Virus record (IMG/VR): IMGVR_UViG_3300042881_003763
Span: 1 to 26,811 of that record
Length of the DNA stretch: 26,811 bases
Origin: a virus
Lineage: Duplodnaviria > Caudoviricetes
Direction: 5' to 3' (one strand)
Made by a program: the position numbers and the translations under genes. Position 1 is the stretch's first letter; every line of letters begins with the position of its first letter. Below, one piece after another: positions 23,699 through 26,811 of this stretch. The notes beneath the pieces were generated by a model. That model had not been told where the DNA came from and ran no database searches. It saw only the letters and a program-made list of their open reading frames with translations.

Positions 23699-24231
23699 AG
23701 ATTCAAAAGCAACTGCAACAGCAACTACAGGAAGCCGAACAAGCCCGCATTTTGCGGGACATTAAGGCGGCGCAGAGCCGCGCTCGTTCAATCAGTGTTG
23801 GCACCGCCTTTGGCGGTACTACCGAAGTCAACATGCGATTGGAAGACGGGACCAGTGTTTGGTGTCCGATGCAACCGGTTGAAGTTATTGAATTGATCCA
23901 TCAATTGGCAGCAAATGTCGGGTGCCATATTGCGCTCAAGCCAAGGAGCGATTTCTCAAGTTGGCGGGAATGGCGCGTCAGCGAGGCTGAGAAGAAACAT
24001 CTTCAGGGACATGCTCCGTTTGTCAACGATATGGCAGTCTTTCAACAACTTGGAGCCTCTGGTTTTGATCAGGCCCAAGCGGAGGCAACAGTTGCACATA
24101 ACCTTAAGCAAGAGGAATATGTGTATGTAAATGGTGGTGCTCGGAAAAAGGAGCAAGCAAATGAGCAAACTTTGGCAACTCAAGAAACTGTCAGACGGAA
24201 GCGCACTAAGCGAGCCGCAGCCGCTGCCTGA
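23695..24231 (+). CDS. Hypothetical protein coupled to the Gly-rich gene
   Basis: Start moved to ATG 23695 (ATGA overlap). RARSISVGTAFGGTTEVNMR and ELIHQLAANVGC motifs. Confidence 0.75.
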   Translation: MKIQKQLQQQLQEAEQARILRDIKAAQSRARSISVGTAFGGTTEVNMRLEDGTSVWCPMQPVEVIELIHQLAANVGCHIALKPRSDFSSWREWRVSEAEKKHLQGHAPFVNDMAVFQQLGASGFDQAQAEATVAHNLKQEEYVYVNGGARKKEQANEQTLATQETVRRKRTKRAAAAA

Positions 24232-24550
24232 AAATTGGGGGCCGATCTTCGGCCTTCACGGCTTCATCGACCAGATTGGTGACCTGTCGTGGCTAGGCGA
24301 AGCCTATAACGACATGGGCTGGGTTCAAGTTGGCGATGCGCCTCCTGGGCCTGCTGAGTCTTCAGCGGCGGAGTTGGCTTGGAATCAAGCCAAGATTGAT
24401 CTGCGTAATTCGGACTGGTCGGTTTTGCCCGATGTCCCGATGACTGCCGGTCAACGCGACGCTTGGATTGCATACCGCAAAGCCTTGCGAGAAATTCGCC
24501 TTCAGCCCGGGTTCCCGGCAGACATTCAGTGGCCCAAGGCTCCTGATTGA
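24161..24550 (+). CDS. Phage tail (fibre) assembly chaperone-like protein
   Basis: AAGGAG RBS before ATG 24161. C-terminal L..SDW..LPDVP...W..YRKALREI..Q.GFP..I.WP..P signature. Confidence 0.85.
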   Translation: MSKLWQLKKLSDGSALSEPQPLPENWGPIFGLHGFIDQIGDLSWLGEAYNDMGWVQVGDAPPGPAESSAAELAWNQAKIDLRNSDWSVLPDVPMTAGQRDAWIAYRKALREIRLQPGFPADIQWPKAPD

Positions 24551-24777
24551 CCAAGTACACGATCCGGTTCAACAAGTCACGCGGACAACCGGGTCGTGGC
24601 TCAATGCTCCATGTCTGGCGCGTGTTTGAGGATGGGCGGGAGATTCTCGCCAAGCACGTCAGGATCGAAACCCGGTCGTGGACGGAGTTGGATGCCAATG
24701 GGCAGGACTACAACATCGCGTGCCGTGGGCGCATGATGTTCTTTGAGGACACCGACACGGTGGTGATCACGGAGTAA
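24547..24777 (+). CDS. Small hypothetical protein
   Basis: TTGA coupling; IRFNKSRG.PGRG...HVWRVFE; fills the operon gap. Confidence 0.7.
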   Translation: MTKYTIRFNKSRGQPGRGSMLHVWRVFEDGREILAKHVRIETRSWTELDANGQDYNIACRGRMMFFEDTDTVVITE

Positions 24778-24780
24778 ATC

Positions 24781-25056
24781 ATGGCATGGTCAGACGTACT
24801 CAAGGCAGTTATCCCCATCGTGGTGGCTGCGCTTGCTTGGCTACTCGGTCAAGTGGCATCCTTCTCTGAGCGTCTGACCAAGATCGAGGGGCAGATGCCC
24901 GCGCTCATCACCAAGGAAGGCGTGCCCACCGACAGCCCGATCAGCGCAGAGCGTCGGGCCATCATGAAGGAGCAAATCTACAAGGACATCAACGACCTTC
25001 AAGTGAAGGTCAAACTCCTTGAAGAGCGCGAGAAGTTCTTGAAGGGGAACAAGTAG
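24781..25056 (+). CDS. Small membrane-anchored protein
   Basis: N-terminal TM segment (AVIPIVVAALAWLLG) and coiled-coil tail; GGAG RBS. Confidence 0.75.
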   Translation: MAWSDVLKAVIPIVVAALAWLLGQVASFSERLTKIEGQMPALITKEGVPTDSPISAERRAIMKEQIYKDINDLQVKVKLLEEREKFLKGNK

Positions 25057-25059
25057 TGT

Positions 25060-25554
25060 ATGGAACCCATCACTGGCATTCTCGCGGCGGTATCGGCGGC
25101 GAATGCTGCGTTCGGAGCCGTTAAGAAACTCGTCGCCACGGGCCGCGAGATACAGGACGTTGCCGGTCAGATCGGTAAGTGGTACGGCGCCTTCGGGGAC
25201 TTCAACCGCCTAGCCAACGAGAAGGCCAACAAGAAGCCCTCGGTCTTCAAACGGCTGCTGCACGACGGCAGCATCGAGCAGGAAGCCCTGCAGATCACGA
25301 TGCACAAGCAGGCGTTGGTCAAGCAGGAGTACGAACTGAAAATTCTGATCATCGCTCACTACGGTGAGAACGTGTACAACGAGATGATCATGGAGCGCAT
25401 CCGGCTGAAAAAGGAGCGCGAGAAGCGGGATCGTGAGCACCGCCTGCGGCAGCAGGAGTTCATGCTCAACGTGAAGTACGGCGCGGGTATTGCCTTCGTG
25501 GCAACCGCCCTGATCGCGGTGGGTTACTACTTACTCGACAAGGTACAGCAATGA
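25060..25554 (+). CDS. Membrane-associated hypothetical protein
   Basis: MEPITGILAA start, charged helical middle and C-terminal TM helix. Confidence 0.75.
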   Translation: MEPITGILAAVSAANAAFGAVKKLVATGREIQDVAGQIGKWYGAFGDFNRLANEKANKKPSVFKRLLHDGSIEQEALQITMHKQALVKQEYELKILIIAHYGENVYNEMIMERIRLKKEREKRDREHRLRQQEFMLNVKYGAGIAFVATALIAVGYYLLDKVQQ

Positions 25555-26027
25555 GTTTCAGGAAGCCGCCGGAAGGCGCAAGCCGTTCAGAGAGGGAGGC
25601 CCATGTCAAGGCTCTTGCTGCGGTTTCTATTAGCCTGCTTGCTCTACTCCTTGCTGTTACAAATTACTTTGCCGGAAGGAACTCCTCTGCGGTTCTCAAC
25701 GGAACCATAGAGTCCAACAACCTGTGGGCGTGGTATCAGGCCAAGAATGTCCGGGCGACCATCTACGAGGTCACCAACAACGAGCAGAAGGCCACCAAGC
25801 AACGCGCCGACATGGACGAGATCATGGAGAAAGCCCGCGCTGCTGAAGCCAAGCGCGACGCTGCCAAGGCCAAGTCTTCCTACTACTCCTACTCCGGCAT
25901 GGCGCTGCAACTGGCCATTGTCCTCTCCTCTGCCGCCATTCTGGCCGTCACCCTGAGCCTGTTCTACGCCTCACTTGGTGTGGGCGCAGTCGGGGTGCTT
26001 CTGTTCTTCTTTGCTCTAGGAGCCTGA
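25551..26027 (+). CDS. DUF4337-like membrane protein
   Basis: About three TM segments; N.WAWYQAKN.R and LQLAIVLSS.AIL motifs. Confidence 0.7.
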   Translation: MSFRKPPEGASRSEREAHVKALAAVSISLLALLLAVTNYFAGRNSSAVLNGTIESNNLWAWYQAKNVRATIYEVTNNEQKATKQRADMDEIMEKARAAEAKRDAAKAKSSYYSYSGMALQLAIVLSSAAILAVTLSLFYASLGVGAVGVLLFFFALGA

Positions 26028-26028
26028 G

Positions 26029-26532
26029 ATGCTGTCGCTTCTTTCCACCCTTGGGGGCTTGCTCCTCTCGGGCCTGCCCAAATTGCTTGAATACTTCCAG
26101 AACAAGGCAGATCAAGCCCATGAACTGAAGTTGGCTCAGGTTCAGACCGAGCGCGAACTCCAACTGGCCGCAGCAGGCTTTGCCGCCCAGGCCCGCATGG
26201 AGGAAATTCGCACCGAGCAGGTGGCGATGGAGACTGACGCCCGGATGACCGAGGCGGCTCTGGCGCACGACCAGAAGATCATGGACAAGGCATCCCGGTG
26301 GGTGGTGAACTACACCGGCACTGTGCGGCCCACGGTTACTTACATCTTCGTCTTTGAGCTGGTGGCCATCAACGCTTTCATGGCGTGGTATCTGTGGAAC
26401 CACCCGAATCTGATCCAGAGCATGGACGACATCATCAAGTACTCGGACCTGATCTTCTCCGCTGACGAGATGGCCATTCTTGGGGGCATCATCGGCTACT
26501 GGTTCGGGTCGCGCCAGTGGAGTAAGAAGTGA
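26029..26532 (+). CDS. Putative holin (3-TM / GTA-holin-like)
   Basis: VRP.VTY followed by a TM segment, C-terminal IIGYWFGSR motif, and position directly upstream of the endolysin. Confidence 0.65.
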   Translation: MLSLLSTLGGLLLSGLPKLLEYFQNKADQAHELKLAQVQTERELQLAAAGFAAQARMEEIRTEQVAMETDARMTEAALAHDQKIMDKASRWVVNYTGTVRPTVTYIFVFELVAINAFMAWYLWNHPNLIQSMDDIIKYSDLIFSADEMAILGGIIGYWFGSRQWSKK

Positions 26533-26811
26533 AACTGAGCAAGGCAGGCGAAGACCTCATGCACAAGTATGAGGGGTTTAGGAGTAAACCCTACCTTTGC
26601 CCTGCCCACATCTGGACGATTGGCTATGGCCACGTCCTGTATCAAGAGCAGATCAGGCTCCCGGTCATCCGCAAGGAAGGCTACACCGGGATGCTCCGCA
26701 ACGAGTTCCCCCTGAAGCCGGAGGACAGCCGTGTCTGGACTAAGACGGAGATCGACGAACTATTCCGTGATGATGTCGGGACTTTTGAACGTGGTGTTCT
26801 TCGACTTGTTC
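26529..26811 (+). CDS. Endolysin, GH24 phage lysozyme, 3'-truncated (not in ORF track)
   Basis: GTGA coupling. MKLSKAGEDLMHKYEGFRSKPYLCPAHIWTIGYGH contains the E-x8-(D/C)-x5-T triad and the TIGYGH motif; the ORF is open to the window end. Confidence 0.9.
   Translation, partial: MKLSKAGEDLMHKYEGFRSKPYLCPAHIWTIGYGHVLYQEQIRLPVIRKEGYTGMLRNEFPLKPEDSRVWTKTEIDELFRDDVGTFERGVLRLV

Overview
This window is a 26.8 kb segment of a GC-rich tailed dsDNA bacteriophage (Caudoviricetes), with every credible gene on the + strand. It opens with the end of a small-gene region: a truncated DUF932-like gene and three short ORFs, two of which follow near-identical ~75 bp leaders. A ~350 bp non-coding gap comes next, then the morphogenesis operon: large terminase, a ~1015 aa multidomain protein (lytic transglycosylase, HExxH motif, PcfJ-like region), portal, GroES-like co-chaperonin, scaffold-like protein, capsid-associated proteins and a Mu gpT-like major capsid protein followed by a structured RNA. 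After that come several small basic proteins, head-tail and tail genes, and a tail fibre. Four tandem, translationally coupled 2OG-Fe(II) oxygenases of different subfamilies run directly into a Gly/Asn-Pro/Cys-rich fibre-like protein, followed by a hypothetical gene and a tail assembly chaperone. The window ends in a membrane-protein/holin/GH24 endolysin cassette, with the endolysin truncated. The most notable observations are: (1) the oxygenase plus Gly-Asn-Pro protein module, a candidate system for post-translational modification of a virion adhesin; (2) a 20 bp symmetric DNA motif CCNNGG-N-CCGCGG-N-CCNNGG that recurs in the first ~7 kb; (3) a recurrent [YF]xxGG peptide motif that separates the domains of the large protein and also appears in small basic proteins; and (4) a pseudoknotted RNA downstream of the capsid gene. 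Family assignments come from motif recognition by eye, not from database searches.
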